Source of the DNA: an uncultured Acidobacteriota bacterium
GTDB lineage: Bacteria; Acidobacteriota; Thermoanaerobaculia; Gp7-AA8
DNA: 64,000 nucleotides
Assembly: GCA_963741955.1 (NCBI GenBank)
Contig: CAVUKB010000001.1
Coordinates: forward strand, 224,001 to 288,000
Direction of reading: 5' to 3'
The position numbers were made by a program, and so were the translations under genes. Of this stretch, positions 39,726 to 50,030 are shown piece after piece (the first letter of the stretch is position 1; the number at the start of each line of letters is the position of its first letter). Under the pieces are notes generated by a model. It made no database searches, was not told where the DNA came from, and worked only from the letters and a program-made list of their open reading frames with translations.

Positions 39726-40817
39726 ATGATGATGCTGCGGAGTGACTTCAGCTACGAGCTGCCGGAGGAGCGGATCGCACAGGAGCCGCGCCCCCGAGGA
39801 CGATCGCGGATGCTGGTGGTCGAGCCTGGTGAGGGCGTGCCGCACCTCGAGGACCGTTCTTTCGCCGACTTTCCGTCGCTCCTCGACACGCGTGACATCC
39901 TCGTGCTCAACGACACGAAGGTCTTTCCGGCAAGACTTCACGCGCGGCCACTCGGCAACATGAAGAACCGGATCGAGGTGCTCCTCGTGCGGAGAGTCGG
40001 ACCTCTTCGATGGGAAGCGTGGTGCCGCCCCGCGCGGCGGGTCTCCGAAGGAAGCCGGCTCGAGTTCTCCGAGAGTCTTTCCGCGACGGTGGTGGGGAAA
40101 GAATCCGACGGAATTACGGTGCTCTTCGATCTGCCGGGAGAGAATACCGGAGCTTCGGAAGCCCGGTTCTGGGAGGAGATCGAACGGGTCGGCGAGCCGC
40201 CGCTTCCTCCTTACATTCATCGGGACGAAGTCAGCGAGAGCGATCGGGATGCGTATCAGACGGTCTACGCAGCGAAACGCGGCGCGATCGCGGCACCGAC
40301 CGCGGGGCTGCATTTCACCGAGCGGATCCTCCATGACATCGAGTCGAAGGGAATCGAGATCGTTCGCCTGACGCTCCACGTCGGGCTCGGCACGTTCAAG
40401 CCGGTGAAGGTCGATCGGATCGCCGATCACGTGATGGAGAGCGAACAGTACGAAATCTCCCCCCAGGCTGCGGCGTCGCTCAACCGTGCGCTCGACGAGA
40501 GACGGCGGATCGTCGCGGTCGGAACCACCTCCGTGCGCGCGCTCGAAGCCGCGATCCGGGCGGGAGAGGGGAGCTTTCCCGCGGGGAGAGCTCAGACCTC
40601 GATCTTCATCACGCCGGGCTTCGAGTTCAAGGCTGTGGACCGCCTCCTGACGAATTTTCACCTTCCGGAATCGACGCTTCTGATGCTGGTGTCGGCGTTC
40701 GCGGGTCTGGAAACGATCCGGACGGCGTACCGGCACGCGATCGAGGCGGGGTATTTCTTTTACAGCTTCGGGGACTGCATGTTGCTGGAGCGGCGAGCGG
40801 CGAGCGACGAGCGGTGA
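39726..40817 (+). CDS. queA: SAM:tRNA ribosyltransferase-isomerase
   Basis: DF.Y.LP...IAQ, NDTKV.PARL, PLPPYI, YQTVYA, APTAGLHF, TNFHLPEST. Confidence 0.97.
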   Translation: MMMLRSDFSYELPEERIAQEPRPRGRSRMLVVEPGEGVPHLEDRSFADFPSLLDTRDILVLNDTKVFPARLHARPLGNMKNRIEVLLVRRVGPLRWEAWCRPARRVSEGSRLEFSESLSATVVGKESDGITVLFDLPGENTGASEARFWEEIERVGEPPLPPYIHRDEVSESDRDAYQTVYAAKRGAIAAPTAGLHFTERILHDIESKGIEIVRLTLHVGLGTFKPVKVDRIADHVMESEQYEISPQAAASLNRALDERRRIVAVGTTSVRALEAAIRAGEGSFPAGRAQTSIFITPGFEFKAVDRLLTNFHLPESTLLMLVSAFAGLETIRTAYRHAIEAGYFFYSFGDCMLLERRAASDER

Positions 40818-41006
40818 GAGGCGAGAGGTGAGAGGCGAGAGGCGAGAGGCGAGAGGCGAGAGACGAGAGGCGAGAGGTGAGAGGTGAGAGGTGAGAGGTG
40901 AGAGGTGAGAGGTGAGAGGCGAGAGGTGAGAGGCGAGAGACGGGAGACGAGAGGCGGGAGACGGGAGGCGGGAGACGGGAGGCGGGAGACGGGAGGCGGG
41001 AGACGG
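40813..41006 (+). repeat. Heptamer tract (GAGAGGY)n drifting to (GGGAGRC)n, about 27 units
   Basis: Directly visible. Confidence 0.92.
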
Positions 41007-41056
41007 GTTTGATGGCTGCTGGGCCTACTCCTCGACAGATCGCTCCGGATACGTGA

Positions 41057-41344
41057 ATGATTGTTGACTTTACTCCTCTGAACAAGGGCGTCGAGGCGCG
41101 GGAGGACGAGACGGTGCTCGACGCGGCGCGCCGCGTCGGGGCGCCGATCGGGAACGCATGCGGCGGGGTCGGGGTGTGTGCCCGCTGCGTCATCAGAGTC
41201 GTCTCGGGTGGAGAGAACCTCGGCGAGGCCAGCTCGACCGAGCGCCGTGTCGCGGAGCGGTTCGGGCTCGCTGAAGATCAGCGCCTCGCCTGCCAGACCG
41301 TAGTGCACGGCGACTGCACCGTCACCGCCGACTACTGGCGGTGA
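41057..41344 (+). CDS. 2Fe-2S ferredoxin
   Basis: CGGVGVCARC ... RLACQ. Confidence 0.9.
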   Translation: MIVDFTPLNKGVEAREDETVLDAARRVGAPIGNACGGVGVCARCVIRVVSGGENLGEASSTERRVAERFGLAEDQRLACQTVVHGDCTVTADYWR

Positions 41345-41560
41345 GGGCGGGGTCGGGGTCGGGGATCGGGGGCCAGGGACAGCCCCGTAGGGGCGGTTGA
41401 ACCATCCCACGCCCTCGGAGGTCGAGGGCTCGAGGCTCGGCGGTCAGGGACAGCCCCGCAGGGGCGTTTGACAATCGCCCTGGCAGATCGGGCTCGATGT
41501 CGCGCCTCTCCATCCCCGGCCCCCTGACCCCCGATCCCTATCCCCCGACCCCTGTCCCCC
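41345..41560. repeat. Two AGCCCCG(T/C)AGGGGCG REP-like hairpins bracketed by inverted heptamer tracts
   Basis: cagggacagccccgYaggggcg at 41374 and 41445; GGGATCG vs CGATCCC tracts. Confidence 0.7.
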
Positions 41561-41663
41561 GCATCTTTTCTCCGGCGTCACAAAAACTTTTCGTGTCCGG
41601 GTCGAACTTCTCCCTCGATTTTTCGTCTACTAGTAGCAGAGCCGAAAGAGGAGGGCCGAGGCG

Positions 41664-42050
41664 ATGACTACGACACGATCCATCGAGTGGACAATTGCTG
41701 AGGAGCTTCTCGCCTCTCTCCCGGGTGCCCCGGTCGAGCTGGCGGAGGAGACCGAGGACGTTCTGCGGTTTCACGTACGTCGCATGAGAGGATGGAAGCT
41801 GACCACCATCGTGCTCTGCAGGAAGAGCCTGGCGGCGCTCGCGGAGGATCCGGTGCGCGAGATCAAGCTCGACTATCTCCGGCGCGATCTGGAGCGGGCG
41901 GTCGGCACCCGCAAGGTCTTCAGCTACCCGCGCTACATTCGAGGGGAGAAGGCGTTGGTGCGGGAGGAGGAGAGCCCGGCGTCGCGGCGTCTCCGGGAGG
42001 CCCGCCGGCGCGCCTCCGTTCTGACGGTTCGAGCGGTCGCAGCTTTATAG
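41664..42050 (+). CDS. Hypothetical protein (128 aa)
   Basis: AGGAGG RBS; protein-like composition. Confidence 0.7.
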   Translation: MTTTRSIEWTIAEELLASLPGAPVELAEETEDVLRFHVRRMRGWKLTTIVLCRKSLAALAEDPVREIKLDYLRRDLERAVGTRKVFSYPRYIRGEKALVREEESPASRRLREARRRASVLTVRAVAAL

Positions 42051-42066
42051 TTTGTAAAATTGTGAC

Positions 42067-42095
42067 TTGCCGTTCCGTCTAATTGGGCGAATAAT
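42067..42095 (+). promoter_or_regulatory. Sigma-70 promoter TTGCCG-N17-AATAAT, 6 nt before ATG (leaderless)
   Basis: Exact 17-bp spacing; no RBS. Confidence 0.6.
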
Positions 42096-42101
42096 GCCGC
42101 C

Positions 42102-42575
42102 ATGTCCGACAAATTGGACGTGGCGGATCTCGCCATCCTCGATATTCTGACCCGAGACGGGCGCGCCAGCATCTCGACGATCGCGCATCAGGTGGGTCTC
42201 TCGCGCCCCACTGTCGCGGAACGGATCGAGCGGATGGAGGCGTCGGGCGTTCTCCGCGGAATCACTGCCGCGGTGGATCCGGTGGCGATCGGCCGGGAGA
42301 TCACGGCCTTCATCTTCGCTCACTCTTCGGCATCCGACGCATCGATGAAGCGGATGTTCCGGAGTCTGGCCGACCAGGGGGACGTGCTCGAGATCCACAC
42401 CGTAGCGGGGGAAGACTGCTACGTGATGAAAGTGCGGACGGATTCGATCGCCTCTCTGAACACGCTGGTCTCTTCGCTTCAGTCTCCGCCGTTCTCCCTG
42501 ACCACACGAACGACCATCGTTCTCGAGACGCAGTTCGAGAAGGTGGGGGGAATCTCGATCCAGGATCCGGCATGA
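42102..42575 (+). CDS. Lrp/AsnC transcriptional regulator
   Basis: LD..D..IL..L..DGR.S...IA..VGLS......RI..ME..G; H.VAGEDCY. Confidence 0.93.
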   Translation: MSDKLDVADLAILDILTRDGRASISTIAHQVGLSRPTVAERIERMEASGVLRGITAAVDPVAIGREITAFIFAHSSASDASMKRMFRSLADQGDVLEIHTVAGEDCYVMKVRTDSIASLNTLVSSLQSPPFSLTTRTTIVLETQFEKVGGISIQDPA

Positions 42576-43510
42576 GCGCGCGCGAAAAACTCCTCGCCTA
42601 CGTCGCCTTCGGTGTCGTCTGCACTGTCTGGGGGACGACGTATCTCGCCATTCGGGTGGCGATCGAGACGCTCCCGACGTTTCTGTTTCCCGGACTGCGG
42701 TTCACCATTGCCGGGGTGATTCTCCTCGCGATCTGTCTCGCCCGAGGCGAGAAGCTTCCGCCGCGGATGAGTGACTGGGCGAATCTTGCGCTCATCGGCG
42801 TTCTGATGGTCGGAGCGGGGAACGTTGCCGTGGTCTGGGCCGAGCATTGGGTGACCAGCGGATTCGCAGCGCTTCTGGTCGCGACCTCTCCTTTCTGGAT
42901 GGCGACTCTCGAAGCGCTCCGTCCGACGGGGGAGCGCCTGACGCGGCGGAAGACCACCGGGCTGCTGCTCGGATTCGCTGGCGTGCTGATCCTCGTCGCT
43001 CCGAGCATCCTCCCTTCCTCGTTCCGCCCGATGTTCCTCCTCGGGGTGATCGTCCTTCAGCTCGGTACGATCGGGTGGGACATCGGGTCGATCCGATCGA
43101 AGTACCACGCGATCAGCGCGCCGGCTCTGGTCTCTGCAGCGGTGCAGATGATCTCCGGGGGAGTGGTCGTCTCGCTGATCGGGCTCGCGCTCGGCGAGGC
43201 GCCGCAGTTTCATTTTTCGGGACGCACGCTCGCGGCGTTTCTCTATCTGGTGGTCTTCGGTTCGATCCTCGCGTACGCGGCCTACGTCTATGCGCTCTCC
43301 AAGCTTCCCACCTCGACCGTCCTGCTGCATGCGTACGTGAATCCCGCAGTGGCGGTGGTGGTCGGATGGCTGATCCTCGACGAGCCCCTCGGGTGGAACG
43401 CGATTCTAGCGATGCTGGTGATCTTCTCGGGGGTGGCGCTGGTGCAGCGCTCAGCGCGGCAGCGGCGGCTGGAGATCATCGAACCGGCAGCTTCGCTCGA
43501 GAAGGTTTGA
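42572..43510 (+). CDS. EamA/DMT transporter (YedA-like)
   Basis: VWGTTYLAI, YLVVFGS..AY..Y, AYVNP.VAV..G. Confidence 0.93.
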   Translation: MSAREKLLAYVAFGVVCTVWGTTYLAIRVAIETLPTFLFPGLRFTIAGVILLAICLARGEKLPPRMSDWANLALIGVLMVGAGNVAVVWAEHWVTSGFAALLVATSPFWMATLEALRPTGERLTRRKTTGLLLGFAGVLILVAPSILPSSFRPMFLLGVIVLQLGTIGWDIGSIRSKYHAISAPALVSAAVQMISGGVVVSLIGLALGEAPQFHFSGRTLAAFLYLVVFGSILAYAAYVYALSKLPTSTVLLHAYVNPAVAVVVGWLILDEPLGWNAILAMLVIFSGVALVQRSARQRRLEIIEPAASLEKV

Positions 43511-43617
43511 CCCGGATCGCGGGCTGGCGAAGATCGCGCTGGCCAAAAAAAGTGGAGGAGAGCACCGTCCGCCCACGGCGCTCCCCCCCTGCGACCTAAG
43601 GGGGACAGGTCGCATTT

Positions 43618-43866
43618 CTATGTCGTGTCACGTCTCTTCAGGGGACGTCCGCCGCCCCGGGACGAAGCCGTTGACCGCTTCTCGGCTCCGGCGGCCTCGA
43701 GATCGAGAGCGGAGAGTCCGCAGGTGACGAGCCGTACGAGCTCGCTCTGCCGCCTGGTCTCGGTCTTCGCGAAAATCTTCTTCAGGTGCGTTCGCGCCGT
43801 ACTCATCTCGACGCCCAACGAGTAGGTGAGCTGATCGACCGTCTTGCCGTTCACCAGCTCACATGC
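43618..43866 (-). pseudogene. 5'-truncated LuxR-type HTH regulator
   Basis: LVNGKTV....SLGV..STARTHLKKIFAKTETRRQSELVRL; upstream sequence switches to the antisense of another gene. Confidence 0.75.
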
Positions 43867-45276
43867 GCGATCGAGCGTATTCTCGGGGTGCCGATCCTCA
43901 AGCGCGGTCGCATGCACCTGAATGCGCTCGCTGACGCGGCCGACAAAAACGCCGCCAAGGAAGCCTCGCGGCGGAAGGAAACAGAGGCCATCGGCGAGGC
44001 CCTCCAGCAGGCCACGGATATGAAAGCCGCGCACCAGGAGGACCTACATCGCCTCGAAGACGAGCTTGCTTTGCTTCAGCAGACCAAGTCGGAAGTGGAG
44101 CAGTATCTCCAAAATGTGCCGAAGTACACCACGCTTCTCGCACAGAAGGACGATGCGGAGGGAGATCTCGCAGACGCGCGCCAGAACGAGCAGCGTCTTC
44201 GTGGTGACCTACAGAGCGCGATGCGCGATGCGTGGCGCGGGATGCTGCGAGGCCGGATCCGAGAGGCGCGAGAAGCCGCTGAGAAGGAAGCGCAGGCGGC
44301 GCACCAACACATCGTGCATCAGCTACGGGCGGCTGCCATCGAAAGCGGTCAGTGCGGAATCTGCGAGCAGACTCTCGAGGCCTCCACGAAGCAACGTCTC
44401 AAGGGCGAGCAGAAGGATGAGGATGAGACGTACGACATTGAGGCAGCGATGACGCGCCTCGCGCAGCTGCGGAAGTTCGATGATACAGATCCTGCTCCGC
44501 TCATTCGGGAACTCTGGAAATCATTGCAGGACAATCTGATGACGCAGGCAGCGTTGAAGGACCATCTTTCGGACCTTGCCGCCGCCCTCTCTGATGCCGA
44601 TCCGCAGACCATCCGAAAGTACCAGACGACGCAGTCGGACGTGATCGAGAAGATTCACGTCGTGAAGATGGCGCGAGACGAAGCGCAGGCCAAGATCGTC
44701 GAGCAGGATCAGAGCATCCAGCGCCTGAACAAGAAGCTCGAATCGTCGGGGACCCCGGACGTGAAGGCGGCGCAGCGCAAGGCGAAGCTGCTGCGCAATG
44801 CCGCAAACGTCTTCGATGCTGCGGTTGAAAGGTACAAATCCGAACTACGCACCAAGGTCGAGGAAACGGCCACGGACTTTTTCACGTCGATGACAACCGA
44901 GAAGGAAGATTACGCCGGCCTCACCATCAACGAGAGTTATGGCCTCACGATCCGTCATCAGGATGGCCGGGCCGAAGAGGCACGCTCAGCCGGGGCCGAG
45001 CACGTCGTCGCACTCGCACTCATGGGTGCGTTGCAGAACAACGCCCCCCTTCGCGGTCCCATCGTGATGGATTCGCCCTTCGGGCGACTCGACGATGGGC
45101 ACACGTCCAACGTCGTTCGAACCCTGCCAGATATGGCACCCCATGTGGTGCTGCTCGTCTACGAGAGCGAAGTTGGACGCGGCCGGATGCGGGAACTCTT
45201 GGGTTCAAAGCTGGTACGCGAGTATGAGCTGGAGCGCATTGATTCACGGCGGACGAACATCGTCCCGGTGCAGTGA
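43867..45276 (+). pseudogene. 5'-truncated Rad50/SMC-like ATPase (DndD-like)
   Basis: Coiled coil, zinc hook CGIC, signature SAGAE, Walker B/D-loop IVMDSPFGRLD; Walker A missing. Confidence 0.8.
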
Positions 45277-45286
45277 GGAGGCGACA

Positions 45287-45634
45287 ATGGAGCAATTAGA
45301 TAAGAAGAGCGTCGGGCTGACAGCCGAGACCCAAACGCTGGTCGAGGAGATAGAGCAGACCGGCTGGTTTCTCGAGGGACAGGATATCGCGCATTTCGCG
45401 CTGTCCTACGCGATCCGAAAAGGTGTGACCCCTGGGAACACTAAGAACGCGGATACGCGGTGGGCAGTCGGAAACTTCGATGCCTCTGGAGAAATCCGCA
45501 CATTGCTCACAGCACTCTATCCGGAGTGCGAGACGCCCGTTCGGCTGATGGAGCACCTCGTGAACGAAGGACTTCAGCTTGTTGCGGAGCGGATTCGTTC
45601 TGAGGCGGTGGGGCCCGCTGAACTCATGGGATGA
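45287..45634 (+). CDS. Small protein downstream of the SMC-like ATPase (possible DndE-like partner)
   Basis: GAGGAGG RBS, 115 aa MEQLDKK...; FALSYAI and EGLQLV resemble DndE-like proteins (weak). Confidence 0.7.
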   Translation: MEQLDKKSVGLTAETQTLVEEIEQTGWFLEGQDIAHFALSYAIRKGVTPGNTKNADTRWAVGNFDASGEIRTLLTALYPECETPVRLMEHLVNEGLQLVAERIRSEAVGPAELMG

Positions 45635-45669
45635 AGAACATACCTCTCTCGCTCGGAGTATGAAAAATC

Positions 45670-46140
45670 GTAACTCCTCGCCGTACCCCGTCTTGACTCC
45701 CGAGGCCGCGACAGAGTTGGGAGGTCGCTACGAGACAAGTTCGGAGGGAAGAACGACGATCCCTGGATTGGCGATCGCCTTCGTAAGGGCATACCTCAGG
45801 TAGGCCTTCGGCTCGACGCCGTGGAGCTTGGCGGTCTCGATGAGGGTGTAGTAGAGCGCCGCGACCTCGGTGCCGCGCCGGCTTTTCGAGCCGTAGTGGT
45901 TCTTCCGTCCGACGACGAGACCCCGAAGGGCGCGCTCGGTCGCATTGTTGTCGAGCGGGATCCGCGGGTCATCGATGAAGCGGGTCAGCCCTTCCCACAT
46001 CCCACGGGTGTAGGCGATCGCCTTTCCCAGCCCGCTCTGCGGAAGAGCCGGGGTGAGCGAGATCCGATCCAGAATCTGCCGCACGACGTCACGCGAACGC
46101 GTCTGGCGCAACTCGAGACGCAGAGCATCGCCCTCGCGCC
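45670..46140 (-). mobile_element. IS66-family remnant: 3' part of the transposase plus one terminal IR
   Basis: LGKAIAY, DNNATERALR..VVGRKN, YTLIETAKL.GVEP..YL; end GTAACTCCTCGCCGTACCCCGTC at 45670. Confidence 0.88.
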
Positions 46141-46167
46141 CCGCGAGGGGCGACGAGGAGCGCCGAT

Positions 46168-47070
46168 TCACTGGATGTTCGCGGTGACCCGAAACGCTCC
46201 GACGACTTTCCCGCTCTTCGACTCGAGGTGAACCGTCTCGTCGACCGGTCCCTTCGAAGCGCGCGCTCCGTCGACGGTCACGGCGAGAATCACCGAGCTG
46301 TGCGGAGGCACAGTCGAGTCGTAGTCGAACCAGAGGCAGTGGCAGGTGCTTCGTTCGAGCGAGATCCGCGCCGGCGAGTCGCCGTTGTTCACCAGCTGGA
46401 ACTGCTTGACCGCGCGCGTTCCCTGCCGGACGGTTCCGAAGTCCTCGCGGGCGGGGTGGACCTCGATCAATCCGCTGGCCGATCCGCCGGGAGAAGCAGC
46501 GGGAGTCGAAACGGTTCGCGAGGGAGGTGCCGAGTCGAGAGGCTCCACCGTTCCCGTCTCATCGGGGGTGGCGAGCGCCGTATCGAGGGGCGAGACGGAC
46601 GTGGTCGACGTGGTCTCCACACCTTCGCCGCCGCTGCTGAATCGCCAGACGACGTATCCGAGAAGGGCGAGCACCACCACGCCCACGACGACGATCATCG
46701 CGGTGCGGGTACTCCGGTCGGAGCGCGAAGGGACTCCGGGCGCCGGCTGGAGATGCTGCTCGCTCCAGCGGCCGGGCTCGGCACGCTCCCCGCGGATCGT
46801 GCTCTCCGCGGCTGCCGCTTCAGCGGCGGCGCCGGCTTCGGCCGGGAGGCTCTCTGTCGGTCCCTGCTCGAGCTCGACGAGACGCTCGACCGCCGCGCGG
46901 ATCTCCTCGCGCAACTCGCCGTAGCGTCGCGCCAAATGTTCGGTCGGCGCTTCCGCTTCGAGCCGCGCGAGCGCCTGGTCGTGGTCGGCGTACCTGCGGC
47001 GGAGGACCTCGATCTCGCGGCCGAGCGCCTGGTGCCGTTTGAGGTTCATCGTTCCGTAGTCTTCGGGCAT
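46168..47070 (-). CDS. Single-pass membrane protein with an N-terminal coiled coil and DUF1573-like Ig domain
   Basis: TACAAT -10 and GGAGA RBS before ATG 47070; DFG.V..G.....F...N.G..P, TCHC. Confidence 0.75.
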   Translation of the reverse strand: MPEDYGTMNLKRHQALGREIEVLRRRYADHDQALARLEAEAPTEHLARRYGELREEIRAAVERLVELEQGPTESLPAEAGAAAEAAAAESTIRGERAEPGRWSEQHLQPAPGVPSRSDRSTRTAMIVVVGVVVLALLGYVVWRFSSGGEGVETTSTTSVSPLDTALATPDETGTVEPLDSAPPSRTVSTPAASPGGSASGLIEVHPAREDFGTVRQGTRAVKQFQLVNNGDSPARISLERSTCHCLWFDYDSTVPPHSSVILAVTVDGARASKGPVDETVHLESKSGKVVGAFRVTANIQ

Positions 47071-47213
47071 CGCGTTCTCCGTGCCGTACGATTGTATGTC
47101 ACGGCTCTTCGGCTCATGAAGGATCCGCGCCAGCTCGCTTCCGCCGCTCGTTCGGATCGAGCTCGTCACGGTTCAGCCCCCCGAAAACGGAGAGGGTCTC
47201 GCCAGCTTTCCGG

Positions 47214-49868
47214 CTACATCGGGAGCCAGTAGCTCAATTTGACCAGGAAGACGTCGTCGGACGGCACCCGGCGGAGGGCGGAGAAATCGCGATGGAATCG
47301 GAGCTCTCCATCCTCGATGGTGTCGGCCCGGTTCTCATTCCAGACCACGAAGAGCGCGGACCCTGGGCGGAACTCCCATCTGAGGACGGCGCTGCCGCGG
47401 AGGCTGCGAAAATCGAAGTCGGGATTCGCGATCGTAAAGCGGGACGCGCCTCCCGGGCCGTCGGGATCGATCGAGTACTGATTGGTGGCGGGATCGAAAT
47501 CGACGGAGCCCTGATCCAGTCCGTACTGAATGAAGTCCCGCGTGCGAGGCGCGGCAAGCTGCCGGAACGCCCCGTAATCGCCGGAGGCGATGAACGGCTG
47601 GAGGTAGAGCTGCAGCGAGAGTCTCGAAGTGAACGTCCAGTCGAGGCGGGTTCCGAGCTCGACGGTCCGCTGATCGATTCCCGCGAAGAGGTAGCGGTTC
47701 GACGCCGTGGCGGTTGCGGTTGGATCCGCGATGGTGGTGACGTACTGTGCGAACGTGCTCGATCGTTCGAACCGTGGAGAGAGACGGAACTCGACGTTGT
47801 TGCTCGGCCGCACGACCAGAGTGAGGCCGGACGAGTCTCCGAAGGTTCCTTGCGTATTCTCCTCGTGATGGTACGAGATCTCGAACGACACCTTCCTGCG
47901 GCTGTCGCTTCCGAATCCGAGCTCGCCATCCCATCCGGGAGCCTGCTTCGCGAGTGGTCCTCCGCGGGTCATCCGATCGTCGAGGGTTTCGGCCCAGGCT
48001 CCTCCGCTTCCGAAGACGTACCAGTAGTTGGTGAGCTCGATCGATCCGCTGCCGTAGATCCCGTTGTCGATCAGGTCGCCGTCGTAATTCCAGTTCTCGT
48101 ACTTCGCGACCCGGAAATTGCGATCCCGGACGTGCTTTCCGACGTCGCGGTTGTCGTACAGCACGACGGCGTGCGAATTGGTGACGTCGCTCCTCTGCAT
48201 GAAGCCGACGTCGTTCGTCTCGAACCCGGGGGAGTAGGTCTGAAGCTGGAAGTTGTAGCGCCACCGGCCGGTCTGTTTCGCGAGAGTGGTTCTCGCGGCG
48301 AATCCGGAGAGTGAGGTTCGGTTCGGGTCGAGCTCGAAATGCGACGCGTCGGGGCGCTGGTAGTCGTGAGCCGACGATCGCTGAGTCGCGAGAATCGCTT
48401 CCGGTGTGCCATCGACCCGGCTCCCGCCGAGAAACCATTCCCAGACCAGGTCCCGGTTGCCGAACGTCCAGTAACCATCGGTGCCGCCGGTGATCGCATT
48501 GCGGTGGAGGTTGGAGACGTCGCTGTTGATGTCGCGATGCACAGAGGTGAGAAGGACTCCGATACGGCCTCGATCGCCGAGGTCTTTGGCCAGCCGGGTC
48601 ACGAGGTAGTTCGTGGTCGGAGCCACCTGGTGGCGCGAGGTCGTTCCATCGAGCGAGAACGAAGCGTGCTCCGCCGAGGTGAGCGAATCCATCGCACCGA
48701 TGGACCAGCCGCTGGCGGTCTTCCCGGTGAGCTTTCCCGCAAAAAGGATGGTCGACTGTTGCGGGGCGCGCAGGTAGTCGTAATCGAAATTGTCGATTCC
48801 CTGCGGTTGCCGTCCGATCCGCCTCGAGTAGAAGAAGCTCGGCGGATAGAGATTGAAATTGAAGTTGTTGTTCGATCCGCCACGGCCGAACTGGAAGAGG
48901 GATGAACCTTCGACGAAGAAGGGACGTTTCTCGGGAAAGAACGTCTCGAACTGAGAGAGGTTCACCACCGCCGGATCGACCTCGACCTGGCCGAAATCCG
49001 GATTGATCGAACCGGTCAGAGTCAGGTTCGAGGTGAGTCCGTACTTCACGTCGACTCCGGCGTCCTCCTTGTACTCGGAGTAGGAGTTGAGCGGGTCGCC
49101 GAGAGGAGTGCTTCCGGTGAGATTCAGACGGGAGACGACGTAAGGAACGACGTCGAGCTCGCGCTTCGGGCGGATCCCTTCGATGCCGGTGAGGTTCGCG
49201 AAGCGGGAGACGAAACCGCTGTCGTTCTTGGGAACCATCACCAGGTAATCGCGCTCGTTCTTCCGGTTGATCTCGCGGCGAAAGTTGATTCCCCAGACGT
49301 GGACGGGGCGATCGGGAAAGCGGAGCTGAGAGTAGGGGATGCGGATCTCCGCGGTCCAGCCGCCCGGAGTGATTTTCGTAGCGGAGGTCCATATCCCGTC
49401 CCATTCGGGATCCTCGTAGTTGTCGTTGTAGAGGGCCTCGTCGAACTGGACGTTCGCGGGGTTGACCTGGAACCAGGCACCGCTACGATGGTCGTGGTGG
49501 GGATCGAGGGCGACGGCGAACGTGTCCGACTCGAGCTCCAAATCGCGCCGGCCGAGGAGAGAGGTCACTTTGGCGCTGTCGTCGAGGCGCGCGGCGAAAT
49601 AGATGGCGTTGTCGTCGTAGAGGATACGGACGGAAGTCTTCTCGGCAGGCGCGGCGCCTTCGTTCGGGTCGCGCTGAGTGAAATCGGTGATCTCTGGAGC
49701 GAGTTGCCATACCGGGTCCGAGAGATCGCCATCGATCGCAGGCGGGGCGGGCGTGCGAACCGCACGCACCTCGGGAACGGCGCCCGGCGCCCAGGTGGAC
49801 GCAGAGATGGACGAGGTGATCCCGGCCAGAAGGACGATCAGGATATGCATACGGACAGTTTTCTGCAT
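47214..49868 (-). CDS. CBM9-like + DUF5916 outer-membrane protein
   Basis: Signal peptide, IDG.L.D..W, E..IP.S.LRF, NPDFGQVE.D, FFPEKRPFF.E, C-terminal VKLSYW. Confidence 0.88.
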   Translation of the reverse strand: MQKTVRMHILIVLLAGITSSISASTWAPGAVPEVRAVRTPAPPAIDGDLSDPVWQLAPEITDFTQRDPNEGAAPAEKTSVRILYDDNAIYFAARLDDSAKVTSLLGRRDLELESDTFAVALDPHHDHRSGAWFQVNPANVQFDEALYNDNYEDPEWDGIWTSATKITPGGWTAEIRIPYSQLRFPDRPVHVWGINFRREINRKNERDYLVMVPKNDSGFVSRFANLTGIEGIRPKRELDVVPYVVSRLNLTGSTPLGDPLNSYSEYKEDAGVDVKYGLTSNLTLTGSINPDFGQVEVDPAVVNLSQFETFFPEKRPFFVEGSSLFQFGRGGSNNNFNFNLYPPSFFYSRRIGRQPQGIDNFDYDYLRAPQQSTILFAGKLTGKTASGWSIGAMDSLTSAEHASFSLDGTTSRHQVAPTTNYLVTRLAKDLGDRGRIGVLLTSVHRDINSDVSNLHRNAITGGTDGYWTFGNRDLVWEWFLGGSRVDGTPEAILATQRSSAHDYQRPDASHFELDPNRTSLSGFAARTTLAKQTGRWRYNFQLQTYSPGFETNDVGFMQRSDVTNSHAVVLYDNRDVGKHVRDRNFRVAKYENWNYDGDLIDNGIYGSGSIELTNYWYVFGSGGAWAETLDDRMTRGGPLAKQAPGWDGELGFGSDSRRKVSFEISYHHEENTQGTFGDSSGLTLVVRPSNNVEFRLSPRFERSSTFAQYVTTIADPTATATASNRYLFAGIDQRTVELGTRLDWTFTSRLSLQLYLQPFIASGDYGAFRQLAAPRTRDFIQYGLDQGSVDFDPATNQYSIDPDGPGGASRFTIANPDFDFRSLRGSAVLRWEFRPGSALFVVWNENRADTIEDGELRFHRDFSALRRVPSDDVFLVKLSYWLPM

Positions 49869-50030
49869 TGCTTCCGAACTCGTTCCCGGTGTTCGATAAT
49901 GAGCGGCCGAATGAGGGTACTGGTTTGTTAAGACGAAAATGAACCCTCAGAGTTTGGCGCGGAATACGTATTTTCAGGTTTGTGACATCGAGAGCATCGC
50001 ATGAGCATGGAACGAGGGCGAAGATCGGAC

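Noticed and set aside
43786-45276. Intact 496-aa SMC protein or a complete dnd operon
   Set aside because: The first ~27 codons are the antisense of the LuxR fragment, Walker A is absent, and no dndB/C genes are present.
49912-49972. Riboswitch or sigma-54 promoter upstream of nadE
   Set aside because: Only a 7-bp stem (TGAGGGT/ACCCTCA) and a TGGCGC without the -12 GC; no recognisable aptamer.
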